This document shows, one piece after another, positions 36,229 to 44,686 of a stretch of DNA of 49,124 bases. The translations under genes were made by a program, and so were the position numbers. The stretch is from a phage. The notes below the pieces were generated by a model that was not told where the DNA came from, did no database searches, and saw only the letters and a program-made list of their open reading frames with translations. Positions within the stretch are counted from its first letter, which is position 1; each line of letters begins with the position of its first letter. The DNA lies in sequence record PZ715802.1. One strand, 5' to 3'.

Positions 36229-37344
36229 ATGAGTGCAGCAAAAATTACTGACGAACAACTTATAGCAGAAAGGGCGGCAGGTTTAAAACTGCGTGAGATT
36301 GCGGAAAAATACGGAATGAGCTTGCGCCAGGTTGAGCACCGTCACAGCAAATTGGCTAAGCGTGGCGAAATCTCAACTATCGGATCACCTGGATTTGCTG
36401 TAATTGGTGAATCACAGCTTAAACGTGCAAATGGTGAGGTTGTAATGACCTGGACTAAAACGCACAAAGACAAAGCGCAATTAGATGCAATAATGCAAGC
36501 GGCTATGGCTGCATTTTCGGAAGAATTGCCACGAGTAGAACCGCAACCGGAAAAGATTGTTGACTATTCGAAAACTCTTGCGCTATATCCGATCTTTGAT
36601 ATTCACATTGGCGCAATGGCGCACAAGCATGAAAGCGGTGAGAATTACGACACGGCGACGGCAGAAAAGATCATGAATGAATTCTTTGATTATGCCGTCG
36701 ATAAAGCACCGAATAGCGAAAAGGCTGTATTGCTGATTGGTGGTGATATGATTCACAGTGACGGTCTGGAGGCTGTAACACCTGCAAGCGGTCACGTTTT
36801 GGATCAGGATTCGCGATATGCGAAACTTGTTTATGTTGCCATTCGAGCCACGCGCAGAGCAGTAAGCCGAATGCTGGAAAAACATAAAGAGGTTGAATTG
36901 CAGATCATTGAAGGTAATCACGACCAATCAGGAATGATCTGGCTACGTGCTGCAATGGCGGCGGCGTATGAGAATGAGCCACGCGTAAAGGTTGATGTTT
37001 CTCCGCGCGTCGTGCATCACACTCAATATGGTAAAACTTTCCTAGCTTATCATCATGGTCACACTGTACGCAAGCCAGAAACGCTTTTAATGATGTGTGC
37101 AGCGGATTGGCGGGAAGATTTCGGAAACTCCAATTCAATGTATGCGCATGTAGGGCATTGGCATCACCAGACTGTTACAGAAACGAGCCTTGGCATTGTT
37201 GAGGTGCATAACACTATGGCAGCAAAAGACGCTTACGCCGCGCGTGGTGGCTGGCGTTCACGTCGCAGGGCGGCGGTAATTATTTATGATAAGGAATATG
37301 GCGAAATAGGGCGGTTTATGTTTTACCCCGAAATGATTGCTTAA
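36229..37344 (+). CDS. metallophosphoesterase (calcineurin-like) with N-terminal HTH
   Basis: ORF track; AGAGGA RBS; N-terminal LKLREIAEKYGMSLRQV; phosphoesterase motifs DIHIG, GGDMIHSD, GNHD, HHGH. Confidence 0.6.
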   Translation: MSAAKITDEQLIAERAAGLKLREIAEKYGMSLRQVEHRHSKLAKRGEISTIGSPGFAVIGESQLKRANGEVVMTWTKTHKDKAQLDAIMQAAMAAFSEELPRVEPQPEKIVDYSKTLALYPIFDIHIGAMAHKHESGENYDTATAEKIMNEFFDYAVDKAPNSEKAVLLIGGDMIHSDGLEAVTPASGHVLDQDSRYAKLVYVAIRATRRAVSRMLEKHKEVELQIIEGNHDQSGMIWLRAAMAAAYENEPRVKVDVSPRVVHHTQYGKTFLAYHHGHTVRKPETLLMMCAADWREDFGNSNSMYAHVGHWHHQTVTETSLGIVEVHNTMAAKDAYAARGGWRSRRRAAVIIYDKEYGEIGRFMFYPEMIA

Positions 37345-37357
37345 TTAAATTATCAAG

Positions 37358-37392
37358 AAAAAGGCTGGCTAAGTGCTGGCCTTTTTTTGTTT
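37358..37392 (+). terminator. hairpin terminator candidate
   Basis: aaaaaggc...gccttttttt inverted repeat with 13-nt loop. Confidence 0.4.
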
Positions 37393-37455
37393 TTGTGGTT
37401 AACATATTCACACTAATTTTGGCATTGACATTTTAATTTAATTGAGGATCAGATT

Positions 37456-37680
37456 ATGAGAGACTTTCTTTTAATGGCGCAAAACTCTTTCGGAGGTGCA
37501 ACGGTAGTTGGATCTTTTACTGGTGAGTTTTTGCTTGCACTTGCTACGTTTATTTTGTTCGCTATTTTCGGCTGTTGGGGCGCATGGCTGAAATGGCGTG
37601 ATAGTAAAGCGATCCGAGAGGCTTTAGATTCAGGGGATTTAAAAACGGCGCTTAATCTACGGCAGAAAGAGAGGGTATAA
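37456..37680 (+). CDS. holin (by position and hydrophobicity)
   Basis: ORF track; GAGGA RBS; TM segment [21 protein letters not shown]; immediately upstream of endolysin. Confidence 0.55.
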   Translation: MRDFLLMAQNSFGGATVVGSFTGEFLLALATFILFAIFGCWGAWLKWRDSKAIREALDSGDLKTALNLRQKERV

Positions 37681-38171
37681 TGACAATCAAGAAAGGTATA
37701 GCCGCCACCGTCACAGGGGCGGCTTTAATGTTGGCATCGCCTTTGATTGAAGAAATTGAAGGCGTAAAGTATAAGCCTTACAAGGATATTGCGGGGATCT
37801 GGACTGTATGCCACGGCATTACAGGAAAGGATGTGATTCTTGGAAAGGAATATACCAGGCGAGAATGTGACGCGCTATTAGCAAAGCATATGAAAGTAGC
37901 GGCTGACGCTGTTGATAAGGCGGTTAAGGTTGAAATTCCTTTATCAATGCGAGCGGCTCTATACTCATTCACTTTTAATGCTGGTACTGGCGCGTTTCGT
38001 AAGTCAACCATGCTGAAAAAGATCAACAATGGTGATCTATGGGGCGGTTGTGGTGAGCTATGGAACTGGACATATTACCGTAACCCTAAAACTGGTAAAA
38101 AGGAAAAATCAAGAGGATTGAAGAACCGCCGCGCCGTCGAATATAAATATTGCGTAAGGGATCTTAAATGA
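37680..38171 (+). CDS. SAR endolysin (T4-type lysozyme)
   Basis: start overlaps holin stop; N-terminal weakly hydrophobic [18 protein letters not shown]; E-x8-D-x5-T catalytic spacing. Confidence 0.8.
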   Translation: MTIKKGIAATVTGAALMLASPLIEEIEGVKYKPYKDIAGIWTVCHGITGKDVILGKEYTRRECDALLAKHMKVAADAVDKAVKVEIPLSMRAALYSFTFNAGTGAFRKSTMLKKINNGDLWGGCGELWNWTYYRNPKTGKKEKSRGLKNRRAVEYKYCVRDLK

Positions 38172-38557
38172 AAAAGAAATTAATGGCTGTTTTGATGTGC
38201 GTTATGCTTTCCGGTTGTTCTGCGTCGAGCTTGTTACCTGGCCTGATTGGTAGCAAGCCCGATATAACAGCACAGGCAGGATCTGAAAATGTGAAACAAA
38301 CTGTTGGTGTAACTGCAAAGCATGATACATCAAGCAATCAGGAAACCACATTTAAAGAATCGGCTGTTGGAAAGGTTGACACGTCGAATAAAAAACAGGT
38401 GAGCACTTCAAGCATTAAGGCAGATAACATCACAGCGGAAAGAATAGAGATCCGAAACAATGATGGTCTTAATGTTCCGGCAATCGCAATGGGTATATTG
38501 ATGTTTATTGCTGGTATGCTGGCAGGGTGGGCACTTAAACGTAACAAGGCGGCATAA
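38168..38557 (+). CDS. unimolecular spanin
   Basis: ATGA overlap with endolysin; lipobox LSGC at N-terminus and C-terminal [21 protein letters not shown], the architecture described for T1 gp11. Confidence 0.75.
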   Translation: MKKKLMAVLMCVMLSGCSASSLLPGLIGSKPDITAQAGSENVKQTVGVTAKHDTSSNQETTFKESAVGKVDTSNKKQVSTSSIKADNITAERIEIRNNDGLNVPAIAMGILMFIAGMLAGWALKRNKAA

Positions 38558-38573
38558 GCCGCCTTTTCTTTTA
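38547..38573. terminator. hairpin terminator at junction of convergent blocks
   Basis: stem aaggcggc/gccgcctt followed by TTCTTTT. Confidence 0.5.
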
Positions 38574-38792
38574 AAAAATATTGTTCATTAAGTCTTGGAA
38601 ACTATTACCGCTATAATCCTTTTCCTCAATAATGTGAGCGCCTTTCTTTTTTATATCCCACAGCATTTTTTCATATTCGCAGCGGTTAATGCCAAACGTA
38701 CTACCATCATCAACATATGCGGTTCCTTTGTTGTTGAAAACGTCAAATGTAACATTAACAACGCGAATTGTTTTGATAGTGCATTTTAACAT
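38571..38792 (-). CDS. hypothetical protein
   Basis: ORF track; AAAGGA RBS; box element upstream. Confidence 0.45.
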   Translation of the reverse strand: MLKCTIKTIRVVNVTFDVFNNKGTAYVDDGSTFGINRCEYEKMLWDIKKKGAHIIEEKDYSGNSFQDLMNNIF

Positions 38793-38828
38793 TTTGTTTT
38801 CCTTTTGTTGCTACGTTTCGTTAAAGCA

Positions 38829-38871
38829 AATATACCCGATACAAGATCGGGTGTTTTAACAAAAAGTGCTA
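38829..38871 (-). promoter_or_regulatory. composite box element (minus): TAGCActtttTGTTA, 22 nt, TATATT
   Basis: palindrome 38857-38871; spacer hairpin cccgat/atcggg. Confidence 0.55.
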
Positions 38872-39066
38872 TTCAAAGCGCCTGACGTGAATTAGTAGTT
38901 CACCGTCATCATTTGTTAACTGGTGCTCATTATCTTCAAACGCTCGCATATCACTGTAAAGCAACAACATTAGTGCATAGACAAAATCATCATGCGAAAT
39001 TTGCATTGCTGAACTTTCTTTCAAAATAAGATCTATCAAATGCTGGCTTGCTGAATAATTCTTCAT
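38869..39066 (-). CDS. hypothetical protein (overlaps 38990-39382; status uncertain)
   Basis: track ORF; stop codon coincides with TAG of the box, as for several other genes. Confidence 0.3.
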   Translation of the reverse strand: MKNYSASQHLIDLILKESSAMQISHDDFVYALMLLLYSDMRAFEDNEHQLTNDDGELLIHVRRFE

Positions 39067-39382
39067 CGCTCATTTTCTCAATGTTCATCATCTCCCACAC
39101 ATAACGATTGGAATCACCTTCCAGGCTATGCAACTCAAAATTAAACGGCCTTTTCATCTTGTTTTTGCACCAGTACACGCAATGAACGCCGTCAAGATAT
39201 CCATAACCCATCATTCGCGCTATAAACTCTTTGCTTGAGCTTGAAGCGAAATAGCGGGGCGTTACCCCCGCATTTTTGGCGAGCCTTTCACATTCACGGT
39301 GACGGAATATAAATCTTGCTAACTCTTGGCGGTTGAATTTCTCGCGAGACTCGCAAAAGCGATACAGATCTAATAAGAACAT
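38990..39382 (-). CDS. hypothetical protein
   Basis: ORF track; GGGG RBS. Confidence 0.45.
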   Translation of the reverse strand: MFLLDLYRFCESREKFNRQELARFIFRHRECERLAKNAGVTPRYFASSSSKEFIARMMGYGYLDGVHCVYWCKNKMKRPFNFELHSLEGDSNRYVWEMMNIEKMSDEELFSKPAFDRSYFERKFSNANFA

Positions 39383-39384
39383 GA

Positions 39385-40965
39385 TTACCCCATTAACGCC
39401 GGATTTACATAAACAAATTTACCAACGCTGCAAACATAATTCTTTTCTTCAAGCATTGGCAATAATTGTTCCTCAATTCGTTTCATCACGCCTGATTGAC
39501 CTGTAAACGGCTTAACCTTACGCGCACTTTCATAGATAGCTCTTGCATTGGTAACGCCTTTATTTTGACGTGAGATCTTAATGATTATTTCAATTAACTT
39601 GCTCATTTCTGCATCATCGCCAGCGTGACCGGAAGCATTCGCGGCGTTGATATATGTTTTGCTTAATTCGCTGAACATCACCAAAGCCTCTTGCATTGTC
39701 TCAACTTCAATTTCTCGCGACTTTTGCGGCGTACCGTTTGGATTAAACCAATTGCGGATCGTGTGCAATACTGACGCAATGCGGATCACTTGCTTATCCA
39801 TTTTGCCCAAAGCACCACGCAACATTGTATGTGAATATTTCCCGCCGTCTGCTAAATCTGGCTCTAATTGCTGGCGAGCAATATTAAGAACACGCATTGC
39901 AGAACGTGACGGCTTCAATACAACATTTTGCTCAGTCATGATGTTATGAATCAACTGGAAATATTGCGCCTTTAATTCTTTATCAACTGGCGTGTAATCA
40001 AGATCACCATTTTCATCAATAAATACACGCTCGCCTAACATTGTTTTTTCACGTACAAGTAAGAAACGTTCACTAACACCGATACCACGCGCCCCTGCAT
40101 CCATGATCCCTTTTATCGTTTCATCCTGGGCAATTACGCTCATGCAGCCCAACGCAACAAAACTCATATTGTTTTCAGAGTTGGCGCGAGCTATTGAAAC
40201 GTGTCCGGCGTCCCATGCTTTTAGAACCAATTCGCTGTTAGTCTTGCGATCACTATTAGCGTAAGTCAATCCGAGTAAGCTGTTGATGCTTGTTGCTTCA
40301 TCGGAAATAACAGCAAAGTTACCCTGGCGATTGTTGATCTTTGCTAACCCTTCCGGCGTGGTGTCTGATACCGGAAAAACGATATCGCACATTTTTTCTA
40401 ACTTTTCCTCTAATTCCTCCTTTTCCTCAAACAACGCAGCTAACTCAGTGCCGGAACGTTCAGCTTTCAATTCCTTTTCAACGCCTTTTAATTTCGCTGC
40501 GATCTTCTTTCGCTCTTTCTTGCGTTGTTCGTTGATGCGCTCAACTTCACAGACCATTGGCGCAATAGCCAGGCTGTTGATTGCTGATTTACCAGTTGAT
40601 GGCGGCTGACTGGTTACAACGTAAAGCGCCGTTGGTTGTTCAGTGCCGTGGTACTCAACTTGGAAGCGTCCAACCATAGCGGCGGAAACGCAACCTATGA
40701 AATGCATATAGGCCGATGATTCAGGAAATTGAACAGATTGCGCAATGCTACGTGACAGTTTACCCACAACATCAACATCATTACCCAAAGAGATCACAGG
40801 ATAACGGTCATTAGCGCCGTTGATATCCTTCACAGGTTCCCAAAAGCTGGACGATTGGCGGTAGCCGTTCGACTGAATAGCAACGCGAAGCGGCGATGTT
40901 CCCTGCGATTCTGCAATGGCTATAACTTGTTGAGGTGTCAATTTGTTGGTGTCAAAGTCAAACAT
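39385..40965 (-). CDS. Walker-A ATPase, possibly replication-associated
   Basis: 526 aa; AAGGAGA RBS; SQPPSTGKSA P-loop-like motif; box element upstream. Confidence 0.5.
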   Translation of the reverse strand: MFDFDTNKLTPQQVIAIAESQGTSPLRVAIQSNGYRQSSSFWEPVKDINGANDRYPVISLGNDVDVVGKLSRSIAQSVQFPESSAYMHFIGCVSAAMVGRFQVEYHGTEQPTALYVVTSQPPSTGKSAINSLAIAPMVCEVERINEQRKKERKKIAAKLKGVEKELKAERSGTELAALFEEKEELEEKLEKMCDIVFPVSDTTPEGLAKINNRQGNFAVISDEATSINSLLGLTYANSDRKTNSELVLKAWDAGHVSIARANSENNMSFVALGCMSVIAQDETIKGIMDAGARGIGVSERFLLVREKTMLGERVFIDENGDLDYTPVDKELKAQYFQLIHNIMTEQNVVLKPSRSAMRVLNIARQQLEPDLADGGKYSHTMLRGALGKMDKQVIRIASVLHTIRNWFNPNGTPQKSREIEVETMQEALVMFSELSKTYINAANASGHAGDDAEMSKLIEIIIKISRQNKGVTNARAIYESARKVKPFTGQSGVMKRIEEQLLPMLEEKNYVCSVGKFVYVNPALMG

Positions 40966-40992
40966 CTAAAAATCTCCTTCTTGTTGCCGCTA

Positions 40993-41035
40993 ATTATAAC
41001 GGCAACATTCTACAGCCTTTTAGCAATTCGTGCTA
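40993..41035 (-). promoter_or_regulatory. composite box element (minus): TAGCAcgaatTGCTA, 22 nt, TATAAT
   Basis: palindrome 41021-41035; -10-like hexamer in loop of gttgccg/cggcaac hairpin. Confidence 0.6.
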
Positions 41036-41281
41036 TTTGATCGGCTCAACCCTGGCTAATAACTTTCCGTCTATAATGCTATGACATTCAAGAGTTTTAG
41101 GATCGAACGCAAGCGAACGATGGAACGTATGACCAATCAGCAAATATGAATGCTTATCCCTGATGCGATAGACCGTTTCACCTTCCTTTAATGACGATAT
41201 CGCACTAAAAACAACCTTGTAACGATATTTTTGCATAGCCTCAGAACGGTGAGGAATGTAATCTTTTTCCGGTAAACTCAT
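41033..41281 (-). CDS. hypothetical protein
   Basis: ORF track; ATGA overlap; stop is TAG of box. Confidence 0.45.
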   Translation of the reverse strand: MSLPEKDYIPHRSEAMQKYRYKVVFSAISSLKEGETVYRIRDKHSYLLIGHTFHRSLAFDPKTLECHSIIDGKLLARVEPIK

Positions 41282-41640
41282 GAGTATTTGGCCTCAAACA
41301 GATAAGCACCGCCAGCGGCTGAAAATCCAACTTCTTCCCGATACAGAGTGAAACGGTCTCCGTTTTCGTCGAAAACATATCCAGCAACAGCACCTAACAC
41401 GCGGCCTTGTTCGATCTGGTAACGCTTATCGGCTTTGAAAGTTTTCTTGATCTGCATGGAGTGGTTTACCCATGTGCATTTAATGGTTTTGGTCTTAACA
41501 TTTCGGAATGTTAATCCGGTTAAGTTGGCGTGAATCCATTTCCCATCTAACTTAACGAAAGTATCATCATTTTCGTCTACCCGCGCTTTGTATAGGCGGT
41601 TATCAGATCCGATAAGTTTGATTGATTTGAATTTAGCCAT
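41278..41640 (-). CDS. hypothetical protein
   Basis: ORF track; AAAGGAGA RBS. Confidence 0.5.
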   Translation of the reverse strand: MAKFKSIKLIGSDNRLYKARVDENDDTFVKLDGKWIHANLTGLTFRNVKTKTIKCTWVNHSMQIKKTFKADKRYQIEQGRVLGAVAGYVFDENGDRFTLYREEVGFSAAGGAYLFEAKYS

Positions 41641-41673
41641 TTGATTTATCTCCTTTTGTTTTCGTTGAAAGCA

Positions 41674-41715
41674 TTATGCCGGATACGTGATCCGGCGTTT
41701 TAACAAAAAGTGCTA
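41674..41715 (-). promoter_or_regulatory. composite box element (minus): TAGCActtttTGTTA, 21 nt, CATAAT
   Basis: palindrome 41701-41715; spacer hairpin gccggatc/gatccggc. Confidence 0.55.
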
Positions 41716-42408
41716 TTTCTGATTTGCCAGGCATACAGCAAGCGCAAAGCCGCGCGGAGTGAGTGAGCGGATCAGCTTTGTTCGCTTAGACTTGCCGCCG
41801 AGCTTTTGCCAGCCTGGATTGTTGTTCCCTGTTGGCAATACTGCGTTTGTATCCGGCATTACAAAGCCGTTACCCGTCCAAAGACAAGTTTTTTTGGTGT
41901 ACGCATCGCGAGCGGGAATGATTTCAGGAAAGTGAGGATGTTTATCATCTTCCGGCAACAGACCTCCAAACGCGCAAGGATGAAAGATAAAATCAGGTTG
42001 CCGCCACATTGACGACAGAACACTAACAGGATTCTCAATCATGTATGGAACGTTAAACCGATCCGCAATATTGGCAGCAATCTTTGCCGTTTCAACCGCC
42101 TTTTTCTGGAAGTCTGGATCACGTTCACGCTTTGCGGCAAAGTGACGCGATCCACTAACAGCTAAATCAGTGCATGGAGGGAATGCAATAATAAAATCTG
42201 GAGTGCCAAAGACGCGCATCATTGCGTTATGCTGGAATGATAATCCGATCCACTCATTCAAATAAACTATGTTGGGATGAGTCACGCGCACTGATTGGTA
42301 ATCACCATGATCAGCACCGTCGAAATTAAAGCACAGCACTTTGTGACCACGTTCAGCCCACGGCAACGCAGCATAACCAGAACCATCAAATAGTGAGAAA
42401 ATAAGCAT
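41713..42408 (-). CDS. compact DNA cytosine-5 methyltransferase-like protein
   Basis: internal ATG of track ORF 41713-42462 with AAAGGA RBS; motif I LFDGSG, motif IV FPPC, motif VI ENP with spacing as in M.HhaI-type enzymes; only about 231 aa. Confidence 0.5.
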   Translation of the reverse strand: MLIFSLFDGSGYAALPWAERGHKVLCFNFDGADHGDYQSVRVTHPNIVYLNEWIGLSFQHNAMMRVFGTPDFIIAFPPCTDLAVSGSRHFAAKRERDPDFQKKAVETAKIAANIADRFNVPYMIENPVSVLSSMWRQPDFIFHPCAFGGLLPEDDKHPHFPEIIPARDAYTKKTCLWTGNGFVMPDTNAVLPTGNNNPGWQKLGGKSKRTKLIRSLTPRGFALAVCLANQK

Positions 42409-42516
42409 GTTTAAATCCTTTCTGTATGACCTTGTAAGGCGTTTTGTTTGTAGGTGTGACAATCGTATTAGTTACGGCCTGAAATCGCGACATAATGCGA
42501 AACAGGCCGCTATTTT

Positions 42517-42594
42517 TTACTTACAGAATGGGCATGTTGTTTTATTCCCGCTTCCGCCGTGTTTTGGACAGCAAATTTTTTCGATAGGTGTCAT
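42517..42594 (-). CDS. Cys-rich mini-protein (25 aa), not in ORF track
   Basis: ATG with GGAG RBS; MTPIEKICCPKHGGSGNKTTCPFCK. Confidence 0.25.
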   Translation of the reverse strand: MTPIEKICCPKHGGSGNKTTCPFCK

Positions 42595-42606
42595 TTTAAA
42601 TACTCC

Positions 42607-42831
42607 TTAGAATGGGAAACAACGCTTGCAAGATGGATCGAAGTTACAACCGCAATCATTGATTATTGCGTTAGGATCAGCAAGCATCACGCTACTTTCT
42701 TGATCCATATCCATAGCGCCTAATGCGTCATCAAGCGTTATTTCAAGATAGGCAACTTTAAGCGCCCATTCCTTGTTGAGTCCAGCCGCATCCGCTTCAT
42801 GTAGGCGAGCAAAGAAAGCATCTTGAACCAT
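42607..42831 (-). CDS. hypothetical protein with C-terminal Cys cluster
   Basis: track ORF 42607-42849 begins with TTG; first ATG at 42831. Confidence 0.4.
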   Translation of the reverse strand: MVQDAFFARLHEADAAGLNKEWALKVAYLEITLDDALGAMDMDQESSVMLADPNAIINDCGCNFDPSCKRCFPF

Positions 42832-42832
42832 A

Positions 42833-43054
42833 TCAACCCCACTTCTCAATAAACATGCTCATTTCGTCAATCATCGCGTAAGCATCGCTTTCAGTCATGC
42901 GACGGATTCTTCCGCCTGGGTGTTCGCCAACAGCGTAACCAGTTTTTACGCGGGTAATCGTTAACTGATGGAATCCAGAGTCGCGATCCATTTTCAAAAC
43001 TACTTTCCCGTGAGCTTTGACAATGTTCATGATGGATTCAGTTTTCAGTTTCAT
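42833..43054 (-). CDS. hypothetical protein
   Basis: ORF track; GGAGA RBS. Confidence 0.45.
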   Translation of the reverse strand: MKLKTESIMNIVKAHGKVVLKMDRDSGFHQLTITRVKTGYAVGEHPGGRIRRMTESDAYAMIDEMSMFIEKWG

Positions 43055-43085
43055 TTTTGATTCTCCATTTTGTTTATGTGAAAGT

Positions 43086-43128
43086 ATGATACCAATCAGA
43101 GCGTTATCGTTTTTAGCAATTCGTGCTA
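43086..43128 (-). promoter_or_regulatory. composite box element (minus): TAGCAcgaatTGCTA, 22 nt, TATCAT
   Basis: palindrome 43114-43128. Confidence 0.55.
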
Positions 43129-43280
43129 TTTACGGCGATAAACGGATATCCTGTTAAATCTGCATTTCTATAACGTGCAGACCTAACCCAACAGCCGCCT
43201 TTGCTCATAATTAAAGCGTTTTTATGGCGAATATTCACGCGGTAAATTCTTCCGGTTTTTATGTTTTTGAAGTAGGTCAT
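43113..43280 (-). CDS. hypothetical small protein (55 aa), not in ORF track
   Basis: ATGA overlap with stop of 43277-43510; reads through the box and stops within it. Confidence 0.3.
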   Translation of the reverse strand: MTYFKNIKTGRIYRVNIRHKNALIMSKGGCWVRSARYRNADLTGYPFIAVNSTNC

Positions 43281-43510
43281 AATTTAACCTCATGATACTC
43301 TATAAACTCTTGCACATATGCGCATTCGCGCGGCGACTCCTGGCCTTTTATCACCTCACAGCCACCATTAAACAGATAGCAGTGCTGGCAAAGGTTGCCA
43401 CCTGCGTTTTCCTCAGCGATCTGAATTCCGGTACACAAACCGCCACCAAACCTATGAGGAAAATCGTAAGCATGGCAGCGGCACGTTGCTTGATTCCGCT
43501 TACGTTTCAT
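43277..43510 (-). CDS. Cys-rich hypothetical protein
   Basis: ORF track; eight Cys residues. Confidence 0.45.
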   Translation of the reverse strand: MKRKRNQATCRCHAYDFPHRFGGGLCTGIQIAEENAGGNLCQHCYLFNGGCEVIKGQESPRECAYVQEFIEYHEVKL

Positions 43511-43791
43511 TAGATGTTCTCGCTAATAAACTGGATAACCTGGCGAAGATGTTTTTCATCTTTAATTAATGCTGGCAATTCTTCCATAACTTCTTTTTTA
43601 AGATAAATGTTTGCATTCCATGTGAATGAGCCATCACCATTTACGCGGTAAGAGCAAAGCCATTCGCAATCATTATCAGATTCCCAAATGCACAGCGTTT
43701 CAAATTCTTCAAACTTGTTGTAACCCGTTTCAATGCTTAACTCAATGCCACGTTTGCCAGCGAAGTTAGTAGTTGTTTTTGATACCATCAT
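43510..43791 (-). CDS. hypothetical protein
   Basis: ORF track; GGAGA RBS. Confidence 0.45.
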   Translation of the reverse strand: MMVSKTTTNFAGKRGIELSIETGYNKFEEFETLCIWESDNDCEWLCSYRVNGDGSFTWNANIYLKKEVMEELPALIKDEKHLRQVIQFISENI

Positions 43792-43823
43792 TTTAAAATT
43801 CTCCGGTTCGTTTCGATGAATGC

Positions 43824-43866
43824 ATTATGCCAAAACAAACCGGATCGCTTTTAACAAAAAGTGCTA
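43824..43866 (-). promoter_or_regulatory. composite box element (minus): TAGCActtttTGTTA, 22 nt, CATAAT
   Basis: palindrome 43852-43866. Confidence 0.55.
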
Positions 43867-43968
43867 TTTAATTAAAATACTAATACCTTTTCGCACGCTT
43901 TCCGTCGCCTCCGTAATGGTCATTAGCAACAGCAAGAATCCAAGCGTTAGGAATAAAAAATAGCTTCA

Positions 43969-44163
43969 TTAATCACTCTCCATGACAATTACAGGCTCCA
44001 GGCGCTCAAGCACCACTTTGAAATCGGAGTAAAAAGTGGGGCGACATTTTGTTAATTCCTCATATGTATCAGTTGCCAGGCAAGCGCGATCACCTTCATA
44101 GCACACAACTCGCTTACCATTTGCGCGACTGATTGCAACGACGCGATAAGTATTATTGATCAT
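43969..44163 (-). CDS. hypothetical protein
   Basis: ORF track; start overlaps upstream stop. Confidence 0.4.
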   Translation of the reverse strand: MINNTYRVVAISRANGKRVVCYEGDRACLATDTYEELTKCRPTFYSDFKVVLERLEPVIVMESD

Positions 44164-44396
44164 TTCATCACCTCAATTGAATAAATACTTTCAACGCCTG
44201 GCGCGTATAACCGATCTCCATCTTCAGTTATGCAAAGGCAAAGTGCAAGGCCGCGATTGTCTAAAATATGCAAGTCATTTTGTCTATCCATCAAAATTTC
44301 ATATTCGCGATCTTCATCAAATCGCCAAACGCTTAACATGCACTTTCCAGATGATTTAACTTTTACTTTCTTTCCGGCGAAATTTAAACGACTCAT
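44160..44396 (-). CDS. hypothetical protein
   Basis: ORF track; ATGA overlaps at both ends. Confidence 0.45.
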   Translation of the reverse strand: MSRLNFAGKKVKVKSSGKCMLSVWRFDEDREYEILMDRQNDLHILDNRGLALCLCITEDGDRLYAPGVESIYSIEVMK

Positions 44397-44611
44397 TGCG
44401 CCACCTCCACAGTTTCAAATACGGTATTGAATGCCAGAAGTTTAAATTTCTTGCCAGGCTCAACCACTGCGATATTCCAGGTAATGCCGCCGTGATATGC
44501 AACCATATCATCAATATCAACAGTAACCTCAGTACCTTTTTTGAACAATCCTTTTTCGTGGCTCGCATCGCGTACAGTAACCACAGTTTCGAATTGAGTT
44601 TGAATTTCCAT
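44393..44611 (-). CDS. hypothetical protein
   Basis: ORF track; AGGAGA RBS. Confidence 0.45.
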   Translation of the reverse strand: MEIQTQFETVVTVRDASHEKGLFKKGTEVTVDIDDMVAYHGGITWNIAVVEPGKKFKLLAFNTVFETVEVAQ

Positions 44612-44642
44612 CGTTAATCTCCTGATTGGTTTCGATGGGGTA

Positions 44643-44685
44643 ACTATATCAAGATACCCCGATCCGGTTTTAACAAAAAATGCTA
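44643..44685 (-). promoter_or_regulatory. composite box element (minus): TAGCAtttttTGTTA, 22 nt, TATAGT
   Basis: palindrome 44671-44685. Confidence 0.55.
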
Positions 44686-44686
44686 T

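Noticed and set aside
37427-37455. TTGACA hexamer upstream of the holin gene as a sigma70 promoter
   Set aside because: No convincing -10 hexamer at the correct spacing downstream of it.
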